This document shows, one piece after another, positions 21,971-33,729 of a stretch of DNA of 64,000 bases (its first letter is position 1; each line of letters opens with the position of its first letter). This stretch comes from Podarcis vaucheri. Its lineage: Eukaryota. The DNA is taken from the NCBI GenBank assembly GCA_965113315.1, contig OZ220364.1; one strand, written 5' to 3'. The notes under the pieces are model-generated. The model saw only the letters and a program-made list of their open reading frames with translations. It searched no databases and was not told the DNA's origin. Made by a program: the position numbers and the translations under genes.

Positions 21971-24900
21971 TCTAGGCTGACTCTACTCCCCCCCCCCAGT
22001 GATCTGCAAGGTTGTTTGGAGATGTCTTACCTTGTGTGGTCTCCAGGTTGCCTTCCTTTAGCTCACCCATCATGGTGTTTGCTGTTTTCCTTGCCCTTGC
22101 TTTGTCCAAAGGGACATCTGCTCTGGGGGCCCCAGTGGGGCTGGTATAACTCAGCCCAATCTGCAGCATCCCTTGTCCTTGCTCGAATGACCTGGTTGAA
22201 GCTTTGCTCCTGTGCCTCATTTATTGGGCCCGAGGCCTCCTGTGCAGCCAGCTCCTCCCCGAAGGAGATGCTTATTTGGTGTAAACACTAGTAAAATGTT
22301 CCCCCACCTACTCACTCATTCATGCCTGCCATATGCCTCTCTGTCAAGCAGGATGTAAATAGGCAAGATACTGATCAAAATATCATCAGGACCATTAAAA
22401 AGGCTCATTTATTTTTTCCAAGGGTAAACTTTATTTCCCTGTGTGGTCCTTGCAATATCACAAGAAAACGAGTCCCATGTGTACCAGAAAAACAAACATA
22501 CCAATATACAGAGGAGAGGGGAGGGGAAGTAGGGGTGTCTCTCGATTTCTGTCCTTGTTTAAACGTCCTTGAAAGGATGGAACATAAACAACAAAACTGG
22601 CTCTCCAACTGCTTCCCGCTGGTTCCTTTGTTTCTACTTGAAGATAGAAATAGAATCATGTGAACAGTGAATGCCAAGTGTTTTAACTGACGAAGCTGTG
22701 AGGTTCAGAGTGTATAAAAACAAAGGGGAAAGCTGTTATAAATGTACCACAGAGCTACACAGGGGAGGCCTTTTGTTTACACAGGCTGCATACACACTAC
22801 ACCTTTAAAGCACATTCAAAGCTCATGCCTTCCCTCAAAGAATTCTGGGCACTGTAATTTGTTAAGGGTTGCTGGGAATTGTAACTCTGTGAGAGGTAAA
22901 CTACAGTGCCCAGAATTCTCCAAGGCAAAGAATGTAATTTCAATATTCTTTAAAGGTACGTGTATAAACAGTTTTAATTTTGAGTGGAATACAATAAGCG
23001 CAGGGCTGTTGTTTGAGTTTTGTCCAACCTGGGAAAGAAGGACAAGTTCTGAAGTGACTGCTATACTTGCACTGAGAAAGATGGTGGGACTGTTAAGATG
23101 GGAATGTAATGACTGGGAATTATTCACCATCAGAGTGCCTCCTGCTGTTAATGTGTGTAATACATCAATCTGCAGGTTGTATATATGCATAAATAAACCA
23201 TGTATCATAGAGATACCACAGTCTCTGCTGTACCTCATTCTGAGGAAACCGAACCCTGGGTACTTGCAAGGAACCCCTGGAATCTGGATTAAGGTGGTGT
23301 GCAACAGTATTCCATCCCTCCTAATCACAGCACAACCTTCTCCCTGCAAATGTTTTCAAACCATTCATTTCTAGCCCTAGAGCTGATCAGAAAAACACAG
23401 TCTGGTATATGTCTGTGCCTTTAACAGCATGTTAATTGGCTGAGCATTTCACAGCCTGTAGAGATAAACATTATCATCTTCTAATTTTTATAGATCAAGC
23501 TGATGATAAGAGAACAGGAATGAGACTAGTTAAATAAAAGTGGCACCTGTTGCTACCTAATGGCCCCAAACAATGAAACTAATTTCTGCCCCACAAGTTC
23601 TTGCTGCTGCAGCTACACACTTGAGTTTGCATCATGTGCATCCTGATCTGTTGCATGTTTACTCAGAAGTAAGTGCCACTGACCAAGCCTACGTTGAGAA
23701 GAGTGCCAAAATGCATTCTTCCTCGCATATTCTTGACATGCAGCAATCTGGAAGGTTGCCTTCTTCTAGATGAATCGAAGCAAGCCAAATGGAGGTGGAT
23801 AAAAAGAACTAATTAAAGAATTGTGAGCAAGGGATCACTCTTTCTTAAAATTTAATGGGGAAGAAATGAAATATGCAGAGGCCCCATTCCCTCCCAATGA
23901 GGAATGCAGCTGAACATGATGAATGTTTCATGATTACCTCTTGTCAAATGTGCAAAGACAGGAATTGAGCCCAGCATCTTCTTCAATCCACTTTGCTAAA
24001 GGGTTCAGAAAAGTGAAGCGGAAACAGAAAACTGCTGCATGGTGTGTTAAGACCAATTCTACTACGGGGGGGGGGGGGAGAGAGAGAGAGAGAGAAGACA
24101 CTAGTGCCACTAGCAGAGTAATCAGTTGATCAGTGTTTCATGATGACAGTGTCCTGACAGTGGCATGGAGAATCCAGTGGGCTTGGTTGTAGGTAGGATA
24201 CAGTTCAATGCACATTTATGGAAAGTAACGAAGCAAGCCTAACAGGGACATATGCAGCCTGGCCAGGGTGGAAGCCAGGAGGGGGCATAGTTGGGTATGT
24301 TGTTTCCACAATTGCCCCTGCTCTTTCAGGACCCCACAATGATTATGGCCAACAGCAATAATAGTGTGTGCTCTACCATGCTTCCTATGGGTCCAGTGTA
24401 GGCTTCTGCAGCAGCAAAGCCCCCTCCCCACAAAGTCCAGTGCACACTGGGTTAAGGATCTGCTTATCTTATTGAATTCAGTGAGACTTAACTTCTGGGT
24501 AAAATAAGGTTGGGTAGCTAGCTTGGGACAAGAGCCTTGAATGATACCATTATACTGTGCTGTAGTGTTTAGAGTGTTGGACTCTAGGATCAAGGAGATC
24601 TAGGTTCAAATTCCCTTGAAGGTTGGCCCACCAAACTGTTTTAGGCAAATGACACATAGCTTTCCTGACCTGATATCACATATTAAATCAGGCACATGAA
24701 AGTTCAAGCCACTGCTCAAATTTTCAAGCCAAGGCTAAAAGGAAGAACCAGGGCTTCCTGTTGTTGCATTGTTGTGCTGGTCTTTTTGAATATGGTACCT
24801 TTTTCTGTGGGCTTGCACAGCTTAAAGTAATGGAGGGATAAAAATAGAATGAATAAATCATGCTCAGCATGGATTCATTGAGTTGGTTTGCACAGAATAC

Positions 24901-26331
24901 TAAACCATGGTTTTAATGGTAACCATAGTTAAAGCTGAGGCATCAGTCACTTAAATATTGTTTATTACATCATAGAGCAATTAAAAGCACCAATGATAAC
25001 AGCTGAGCCTTGGAAGGGTTTGGGGAAAAAATTCATCACCCTTTAGTCACAGTTCTGTAGCTTTTGGGTAGTGGAGGCTCTGTAGGAAATGTATACTTTT
25101 TATGCCTTCTATAATTTCCTTTTTAAAGAGGTGGTTACATGTAACGCTAAGCTATGATTAACATTAATGAAGGTTTATGAACCAACTACAAACATTGTTT
25201 AATGGGCAACCTTTAAACATAGTTAATAAACAATAGTTACTCTGCTGGGCTGGATTTACACAGAGCACTAAGCCATGGCTTAATAAACCATAGATTAATG
25301 GAGCATGGTTTACATCACTATGTGCAAACCATTGTGTGACCTTGGGTGTGTCATAATCTCTCAGGTTCAGCTTTCAATGTAAAAACTGATGAGTCAAATA
25401 AATACTGTCATTTAACTCATGAAAAGGGCACCAAAGATTTTTCTTCTTGTGCTTGATGTGTCTATTGTTACTGTCAAGTGAGCAAACACTCATTCTGGAT
25501 TAATCATGCATCTCCTGTCCTGTGAAGCTTAATCAGCATCCTGCCCTTTGTTTACCAAAACAAATCATCCTGCATTCTGTAAATTATGATGGACACGCAA
25601 AGGAAAAGCTTCACTGTTTCTGTGATTCCAGGGTGTGTGTGTGTGAGGAAAAATCGTTTATTGAAGAATTAATGAGGAAGAGCAGGGAAGTCCAAAAATA
25701 GACTGACCAGAAAGAGCTCCTTGCCAAAGCCAGTAAACAGTATTCTCCTATGCTAAGAAGACAAGAGAATTTTCAAATCAAGTCTCCCATTATGGAATGG
25801 CTCTCCAGATAAATATTACATCCCATTATTTTAGTCCTTAGAACTATTTTGCCTTCCGCTTGCTATTTCCTAAGTGCTGCTTACTGATTTTATGCTGTTG
25901 GGTGGTTTCATGCTGCTTTTTATTAACTTTGAGCTGGCATTGCTTTTCTGCATGGATTGTTCTTAGTCCTGTACTTGCATTTTATTGATTTTCAATTGTG
26001 AACCGCCCAGAGCACACAGCCGATTGTGTGGTGCAGAAATGCCTAAATAAAACAAAATAAAGGTTGTTTATGAATACATGGAAGAATAGGAACAGACCAG
26101 TCATGAATTCAGTTCAGAGGGAGGATCAGGTAAGGGAAGTGGATTAAGATTGCTGGGCTTCAATTGTCAAACTGGGAGATGCTCGTTCAAACGATCTGTT
26201 GTCAGCCATCAGGTCAATAGGCCTAGCCTCCTTCTTGAAAGAGGTGCTGTGCAGTGCTATTTACATCTAGGAGGCGGCTCATAGAAGGCTTGTTGGATAA
26301 TATCAACCACCTTTTGTCATCTAGCTCAACA

Positions 26332-26833
26332 CATAGCTGTCAACCGTCCCTTATTTGGCGGGAAAGTCCATTATCTGAGTGCCGTGTCCCGCTGCTGTCC
26401 CATATTGATGATGTCCCTTAAATTTCCCAGGTTTCAAAGGAAGCAGCTCCTCTCCCTCCCTCCCTGATGGCCAGGGAGGAGGGAGGCTCCAACTGTGTTG
26501 CTTGGCTGTGTTGCTCACCCAATAAGGAGTCTAAGAACGACTGGGGGGTGGAGCTTGCGTGCCTTGTGCCGATCAAATCAGCCACGTTGCCTGGGGACTC
26601 GCCTTTGCTCAGTGCTTCCCAGCGGAGAGGTGATTGTGGTTTTCCTTGCTGTATCCCCTTTACTGGGTTGCTGCGCTGTGGGAACCACTGCTTGACGCTT
26701 TGTTTGGCTGCTGGCTGGGCTTTCTGCCTTTGGCTCGGAGGGGCTCAGAAGTTGAACATACCTGTGCTCTGAAAATCCCTTATTTTCGAGGCTGCTGGTC
26801 CCTTATTTTCAAATCTGTAAGTTGACAGCTATG
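26332..26833. mobile_element. hAT-type MITE
   Basis: Perfect 13-bp TIR CATAGCTGTCAAC / GTTGACAGCTATG; TSD GCTCAACA / GCTCAGCA; repeated TCCCTTATTT subterminal motifs. Confidence 0.9.
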
Positions 26834-26851
26834 GCTCAGCATTGTCTACAC

Positions 26852-27450
26852 TAGTGATGGGTAACCAGTTACACCCCCCTGACTCATTTCAAGTGGCCCA
26901 GCAGACGCTGTGGCCCCACTCTTGATCTCTGGACCACACTGAGCAAGAGGGAGAAAGAAGTAAAAGAGTTACAAGCTTGCCAGCTCTGCCCTCTTTGGGT
27001 TTTGGTTGCACCTACCATTAGCTGGGACGCGGGTGGCGCTGTGGGTAAAACCTCAGCGCCTAGGACTTGCCGATCGTCAGGTCGGCGGTTCAAATCCCCA
27101 TGGCGGGGTGCACTCCCGTTGCTCGGTCCCAGCGCCTGCCAACCTAGCTGTTCGAAAGCACCCCCCGGGTGCAAGTAGATAAATAGGGACCACTTACTAG
27201 TGGGAAGGTAAATGGTGTTTCCATGTGCTGCGCTGGCTCGCCAGATGCAGCTTGTCACGCTGGCCACGTGACCCGGAAATGTCTTCGGACAGCGCTGGCC
27301 CCCGGCCTCTTAAGCGAGATGGGCGTGCAACCCCAGAGTCGGACACGACTGGCCCGTACGGACCTTTACCTTTACCTTACCATTAGCTGCAAGCCTCCCC
27401 GCCCTATAGACTTGTCCTGTGGGTAAATGGGTACGGAAAAATCTTCACTA
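26852..27450. mobile_element. Probable hAT-derived insertion containing a Sauria SINE
   Basis: Ends TAGTGATG / CTTCACTA; splits the host SINE sequence ATTGTCTACAC|TGACTGGCAG; no clear TSD. Confidence 0.5.
27024..27377 (+). mobile_element. Sauria SINE (Squam1)
   Basis: GGGACGCGGGTGGCGCTGTGG head; (ACCTTT)n tail; TSD TACCATTAGCTG. Confidence 0.93.
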
Positions 27451-27580
27451 TGACTGGCAGATGCTCTCCATAGCTTCAGAAAGAAGTCTTTCCCAACCCT
27501 ACCGAGAAATATCAGGATTTGAACCTGGGGCCTTCGGCATGTAAAGTATGTGCTCTATCTCTGAGCTACAGCCTTCCCTC
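27451..27580 (-). mobile_element. tRNA-derived SINE (Squam2-like), 5' part; 3' parts at ~26315-26331 and 26834-26851
   Basis: Minus strand GGGAAGGCTGTAGCTCAGAGATAGAGCAC...CCCAGGTTCAAATCCTG (A and B boxes). Related remnants at ~6290-6435 and ~43950-44055. Confidence 0.6.
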
Positions 27581-30474
27581 TCAATACAAGTAGCAGCTTC
27601 AGATGAGTAAGTTTTGTTGAGACCATGACGGGGAGGGAGAGTTAAGGTCCCTTTCCCTTTCTCAGGCCATGATCCTGATCAGAGGTCCTCTTGGCAGCTT
27701 CCCCCCCCCCCCACCCAGTGCAACAACTTATTTACTGTAACATGGAGTGTGGCTGTAAGTGTAAAATACTTTGTACTGTACACCCTAAAGCAGTTGCTTT
27801 CACTTGTTTACCTATTTCTAAAGCATCAGCAAAATAACATAGATTTACCTTACTACAGGAAATGAGCAATGGGATGGGAATGTTGCAAGGCAACAGATGC
27901 CAAAAAAATGTGAACTGAGGATATAGTTCACTTCTGTAAACATTGCTGCTGTTAAACTCTTAACTGGTTGCTTTCAAGCACCAGAGAGATGCCAAAATGC
28001 CCTGTTAATGATTATTAACTTCTTGATTGTCATGAATGTACTTAAGCAGACTGCCACATGATACGATCAAGCTGAAACAGGAGGCTTACTGAAGATAAGG
28101 TGTGAGAGTTTCACATACAAAGGGTATTTGACACCCATGATTTAATAGGTATCCATTTATGCTTGTTTAACCCTTTTCTGTGCTCAGTGACTGGCATAAT
28201 GCACCACTTCCATCCACCATGAGGACTACACACTCTACTCTGAACACACACACAACAGGAACCTTTTCCAGTGTACATCCCCCTCCATGGCCTACTGTCC
28301 CCCCTTTTCACATGGAGCTAAGGTCTTTGCATGGGACATTTCTGCCATGGATGGCTGTAAATGTTAAGTTTATATGTGTTGAAAACTCTTATTGCAGAAT
28401 TATTAAGGAATGCCAATATTAGCTCAGGATGGCATACATGGTTCTCCCCTTTTTACCCTCACAACAACCTAATAATCCAGGACTGTCCCATGCAGGGCAA
28501 CATGAAAAGGTACTGAATTGAAAAAGAAGCAGATTTTTTAATTCACAGGAAGAATCGGGAGCACAGTGTGTGCTCTTGATTCTTCATTACAGCTGTTGCT
28601 TGAAGTTTCCCACAGCTAGGGACATAAATGACATCAGGCACAGGAAAAGGTTGCTGTGGCCGAATGAAACCTCTGTTGTAATGTAAGGTAGGTTGGGATA
28701 TAATCCACCCTGTAAATTTTCTGGTTGTGTGGGGATCTGAATCCAAGTCTCCCCAGTCTAAGTCCATAGCAGTGACTCTGAAGCTTCAAATGATCAGAGT
28801 AGGATATGCTGTTTGCAACTAATGAATTGTGCAATCCTCTCCTGTATCTCTAACCTGTGCATGTTTTCATAGATGCCAGTCCTAGAGTTCAATGGGATTT
28901 AATCCCAAGTAAGTATACATAGGATTTCAGCCTTCAGTGATATCTGGATGTTAACCACTGTTAACACACAACATATTGGCTGTGTTTGAAGCAATAAATC
29001 TGTTTATTCTTTTGATGCATGAGCATCAAATAATCCTTGTAAGCATTTCTTCTGCCTAGTATTAGCACGTTAAAAAACAACAACAGTGCCTTTGATAACA
29101 GCTTGATGTACATAAATTGAGCAGCAGATAAAGTAATGTTAGGCTATTGTCAACGGGGGGGGGGGACTGGGAGGGGGGTGGAAGTGGCACTCCTACTGCT
29201 TTTCTGAAATCACCAACTCGCCTCCTTTCTTCTACAAAGCATTTGGGGACTCATCAAAGTTTAACTAGACTGGTGCCATATGGTACGTGTTAAGGACCTT
29301 GTTGCATACTCCCTAGTCCTGACCCACATTTAGTGAACTGTGCCCACTCCCTTAGTCTTAGTCTTTGTCCTGTCCCTTTATCAACTCTATTTTTGTGTGC
29401 ACTGCACCAGCCACACCACCTAACAGAAAACAAACAATGTCAATATATTTTTATTAATTGGCACAATAATGTTATCTTTCTGCAGGGCTGGTTAGTAGCA
29501 ATAGTAAATTATAAAAAAAAAAAACCATTTATTTGTGTTTAGTTTTCTATTACACACACAATTTTTTTATTATTAATGAACATAAATTTTCTTCTCTGCA
29601 GCAGTTTGCAGCTCACAATTATTACAGCAGCAGAAGTCAAATCATATTTATGATTTGGGATACACTTTACATAGTTCATTGCTTTCTTCCGGCCATCACT
29701 TAAGTTTATCTCCATGCCAAGAAAAGCTTCACCAGCTAAATTTCGGCATGCCATGCTGCTATTGAAAGCACAGGACAAGGGCCAAGTCACGCTATGTATT
29801 AGCCTCCGTTATGGTGGCTGTGAGCCCTAGATTAGCAGATCTTAGCACATGTAATTTTAAAAAACAGTAATAACAATTATTACAAAACAGCAATAACAAT
29901 CAGGAAAGCAACATAAATGCCTCAGGACCAGAGGATAGTGGAGTCATTTGTAAAGGAGTGTTAGACCTGTCAAGAAGCAATGGAGTAACATAATTAAAAA
30001 TAAGTGTGTGCCAACAATTTTAACTGATCACTCCCTTGCGTGTTTGTGATTCAAATACTGATGATGCAAGCTTTGCAGTGTCTTCAGATGTTGCAGCCTA
30101 GGTTGCCAGAAGAAAAGAGAGACTGTGAAGCAAGATTGGTGTGTGTCCTGCAGAGAACTGTAGACTGAGTGGTTCTGAACTAAGAATAATCTACAGCAGA
30201 GGTAGAGCAGCTGCAATGATGATGTTGGAAGCTAACTCTAATCAGTTCCAGGCCACATGGCCAATGGTCCAGCAGCATCTGCAAGACCCAGGCTCCCTGC
30301 CCCTAATCTGCAGTATTCTATGGAGCTGTGATAACATAAAAAGGAACAACCCTTTTTAACTTAAGGGATGTTATATAATAGCAAGATGAGCCACGTTGCT
30401 GCAAGATTTAGTTGCAGTGATCGCTCTTGCATAGTCAGTGCTATCCCAAATAAGCCAGCAGGATTGATATAAAG

Positions 30475-30960
30475 GTTCGCGCACGCGCGGTTTCCGTTTT
30501 CCCTGCCCCTCCCGCCTCTCCCTCTTTCTCTGTACCCGGCGCCCCTTTCTCTTTCGTTTTCAGTGACGCCCCGCCTTTCGGCCCCTCCGTCGAATGCGCC
30601 CGAGGGTCGCGCTTTCCTCCGTCTCGTTGGTCGCCTGAGCCTTCGCGGACGCCGTTGTCAGCTGACCTGACTAGGAACGGCTGCAGGCACGGAACTCGGA
30701 ATACAGGCTTTTTGGGTGGCTGGGCGCCGCCATGGCTCCGGACCCCTGGTAAATGTGTGTGTGTTTGTGAGGGGGGGGGGGGGCAGACCTCTTGGTTGAA
30801 GCCGTGGAGCGTTTCCCTTCGGGGCTGCTGCCTTTGACCCAAGGGGTGGAGGGGGGGGGGCTTCACTCTGGGCCTGATATCGGCCAGAGAAGGGCAGGCG
30901 CGTCCTGCCCCTTCCACTTAATGCTAACCGGGCGTGGGCAGCCTGAAGGCATAGTGCTGC
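30475..30960 (+). promoter_or_regulatory. CpG-island promoter of STX8
   Basis: Sharp CpG enrichment spanning the first exon, with an NRF1-like GCGCACGCGC (~30480), a CRE half-site TGACG and a GC box CCCCGCC (~30563-30576). Kozak GCCGCCATGG at the ATG. Confidence 0.8.
30732..30748 (+). CDS. STX8: Syntaxin-8 coding exon 1
   Basis: GCCGCC ATG GCT CCG GAC CCC TG|GTAAAT = MAPDP(W), the STX8 N-terminus; 17 nt. Confidence 0.93.
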
Positions 30961-31400
30961 TTACCGCCTCTCACTTTCCGCCTTGTTAAGGCAGGGATGG
31001 GGAGAGTTTGACCCTCCAGGTGCTTGTGGTAGCATCTCCGTCCCCGCCCCCCCCCCCGCACACAGTTCCTGTCACCTCAGCCAGCATGACCAATGGTTAG
31101 GGACAGTGGGAGTGGCAACCCAGAAAAGCAGCACCCCCGTTCCCCCTGCAATATAGTATGAGGTTTGGTTTCTCCTCTTCTGTCCTCACCATTCTTCCCT
31201 TCAATCTCCTTCCTCTGGAATCAGTTGTGGGGCTAGTGCTGTAGAGATGGGAGAATTTTCACAGGTGCAGCTTCTTCCGCCTTGGTGCTGTAGCAATAGA
31301 AGACCAAAAAGCCAGCACCTAGCGTGGATACAAAGGAAGGCTTGTACTTTGATAGTAGCATAGCAGAGAGAATTTTCACATGTGTAGCTTTTCCTTGTTT

Positions 31401-31751
31401 TATTATTATTATTTTATTTATGATTTTCAGTTTTATACATTTCAGTAATTTTACAATCATTTCAACGTTTCAAAAACTCAACTTCCTTCCACATTAACTT
31501 AATTTACTCATTTATTTATCTACTTTAAATATATACTCTTATAAAACTGCAGGTTATTACAATAATCCTGTCAAAGTTTTTATATGTTTACAGTTTATAT
31601 GTAAATATTTAATAAACCATTTCCATTCTTTTATAAAAAAATTGTTATATTGATTTCATAGTTTTCCAGTAAATTTCACCATTTAGGCGTATTCCATAAG
31701 TTTTCATATCCATTATTCTTTTGCTGGGACGACTTCTTTCCATTTCCCCCC
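31401..31751 (-). mobile_element. L1-clade LINE 3' fragment
   Basis: Degenerate peptide KWKEVVPAKEEWIWKLMEYA..KFTGKL..FIKEWKWFIKYL, homologous to the fragment at ~59170-59330; (AAT)n tail; 15-bp TSD AGCTTTTCCTTGTTT (31386-31400, 31752-31766). Confidence 0.85.
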
Positions 31752-33629
31752 AGCTTTTCCTTGTTTGATTCCTCCTTTGATATGGCAAATGCTTAGGTGT
31801 AATATAGTTGTACTACTTTGCAACAGAGGGAGACAAGTTTCTCCTCCGTTAAGCACTCACACTTTGTAGTAGACTCAATCTGTTTTGGGGGCGGGGATTC
31901 CCTAACCTGTTCACCTATTATGAGATATTTAGATAGACTGAATTAAAAAGCTAAATAAATTATATGTTCCTTGTGCTGGATAAAACACTTCTGGTTAAGA
32001 CTTTTGCATTGTGCTTGGGATACAAGGCAATGCTCCCCAAGTTTGACAAGGGATTGGAATTCTAGTCAAGATAGCTTGCTTTACTTGTACAGGGATTATT
32101 TCCAGGGCAATAACAATAGCAATAAATACCTCAAGTGATATGCTTTATTTTTTCTTTAGGTTGACTGACTGTATGTTTGCTTCAACCACATATAATTACT
32201 GTGAGAGGGGGAAGTTGACCACAGTGTTTGCATGTGAATTCAGTGTAGCACTAAGGAGATTGCTCAGTCATCACAAGCCTCTCCGCTTGTCTAATGGAAC
32301 AATCTTCTTCCCTAGTACATTGTGCACAGTGTTCAATACTCCCGTTGTTCTAGGTGCAGTACTGTGCCTAAGATTTCAGATTAAAACTGTGCAGAGTGGA
32401 AGGAAAGGAGGAGATTTTTCTGCCTCCCCACTTCCAGCTACTCTCTGAAGACTGGAGAAGAGACCCTCTTAAGAATATTAGGGGGTGGGTAGGGGAAGGA
32501 CTAGACCATGTGAAAAACGAACATAATATTTTAGCTGCAGTTCATTCATTTTCAGCTTTGTTTGTATTATAAAAAAGTGTGCATAGACATTACATCGTTT
32601 TACCCATAATCTAGGTTTAAGGTGCCATTTAGCTCCTAACTTTCATATCTGTTTCAAACACTGATTGTACATTGTTCCAGGGATTCTCTTGACCCATGAG
32701 CAGATTTGAGAGGTGGGGCCTTGTTGCCCTCTAGGCTCATTTGGAGGAAGGGTGGAATAGAAATAAAATAGCTTACCTTGGTGCTGTTTATGAATTGTGA
32801 CCATGTGCTAAAAATCCTCAGTGGTGTTTTAGCATCCTGTGTCTTGTTACTTGCTAAAACTTGGTGGCAATTAATATATTGGCTTCTCTATAGGATGTTT
32901 GTTGGGTTAGCTTCTTTAGCTATGATCTAAATTTGGAGGAATTTTTTTATGTATAAGCTGTCCATATTTGTTTTATTTCTTGTTTCCATCTATAGACTGC
33001 TTTACTACCTAAAATACCTGAAAGCAGTCTACATACACAGTATGTTCCACAAACCACATCCAATGATTTGCACCACAAAATACATTTAAAAATCCATAAG
33101 CATAATATAAAATCAGAGCGAACTACTAGGCAGTATAATATAAAATTTCAAACAGCACAGCATATGTGCAATCATTCATTCAATCTCACTCACCCTCAAT
33201 TTCACACAACCACTACAACCATTTGCTACACCAAACATTACCTCTATCAATTACTCATACTTTCAACCCACATACAAAAGGTCATTGCCAAGCATACACA
33301 ATAAGATACACTTCTAATACATGAAGCAGTATTGGACTTGTGTCCCACTCTCACTGAACGATCTAATACTTATCTCCCGCCTCTCCCTGGAGTGATCCCA
33401 GGCTCTCATCCTGGAGGGTATAGAACTATTTCTGTCCATGCACTGCCAGTTATGGAATCATAACATGCATGGTACTGCATAACCTCAAAACCTGATACAG
33501 AAACAATCAACTTGACTTGAAATAGGCATCTTTATGGGTCGAGGGGCAGTGGTGAAAGATTGAATATTTTGATGAACAATAAAGGCAGGAATGTATGTAT
33601 ATTAGTTAAAATATATTAACTTGTTTTAG

Positions 33630-33729
33630 GTTGTTGATGTATGAATCCACTTGCCATACTGCCCAAGAGGTTGCTGAAAAAATTCAAGAACGCAATCGAT
33701 GTCAGAGGAATGGCGAAAGTACAACTAAG
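33630..33729 (+). CDS. STX8: Syntaxin-8 exon 2
   Basis: (W)LLMYESTCHTAQEVAEKIQERNRCQRNGESTTK. Acceptor ttgttttAG, donor GTACTG, 100 nt. Confidence 0.95.

Noticed and set aside
30441-30917. 158-aa antisense ORF over the STX8 promoter
   Set aside because: Low-complexity product typical of CpG-island open frames; no homology recognised.
33040-33320. G-poor, A/C-rich stretch resembling a mitochondrial insertion (NUMT)
   Set aside because: No mitochondrial gene or tRNA is recognisable; it follows an antisense L2-like tail and is better explained as a LINE 3'UTR remnant.
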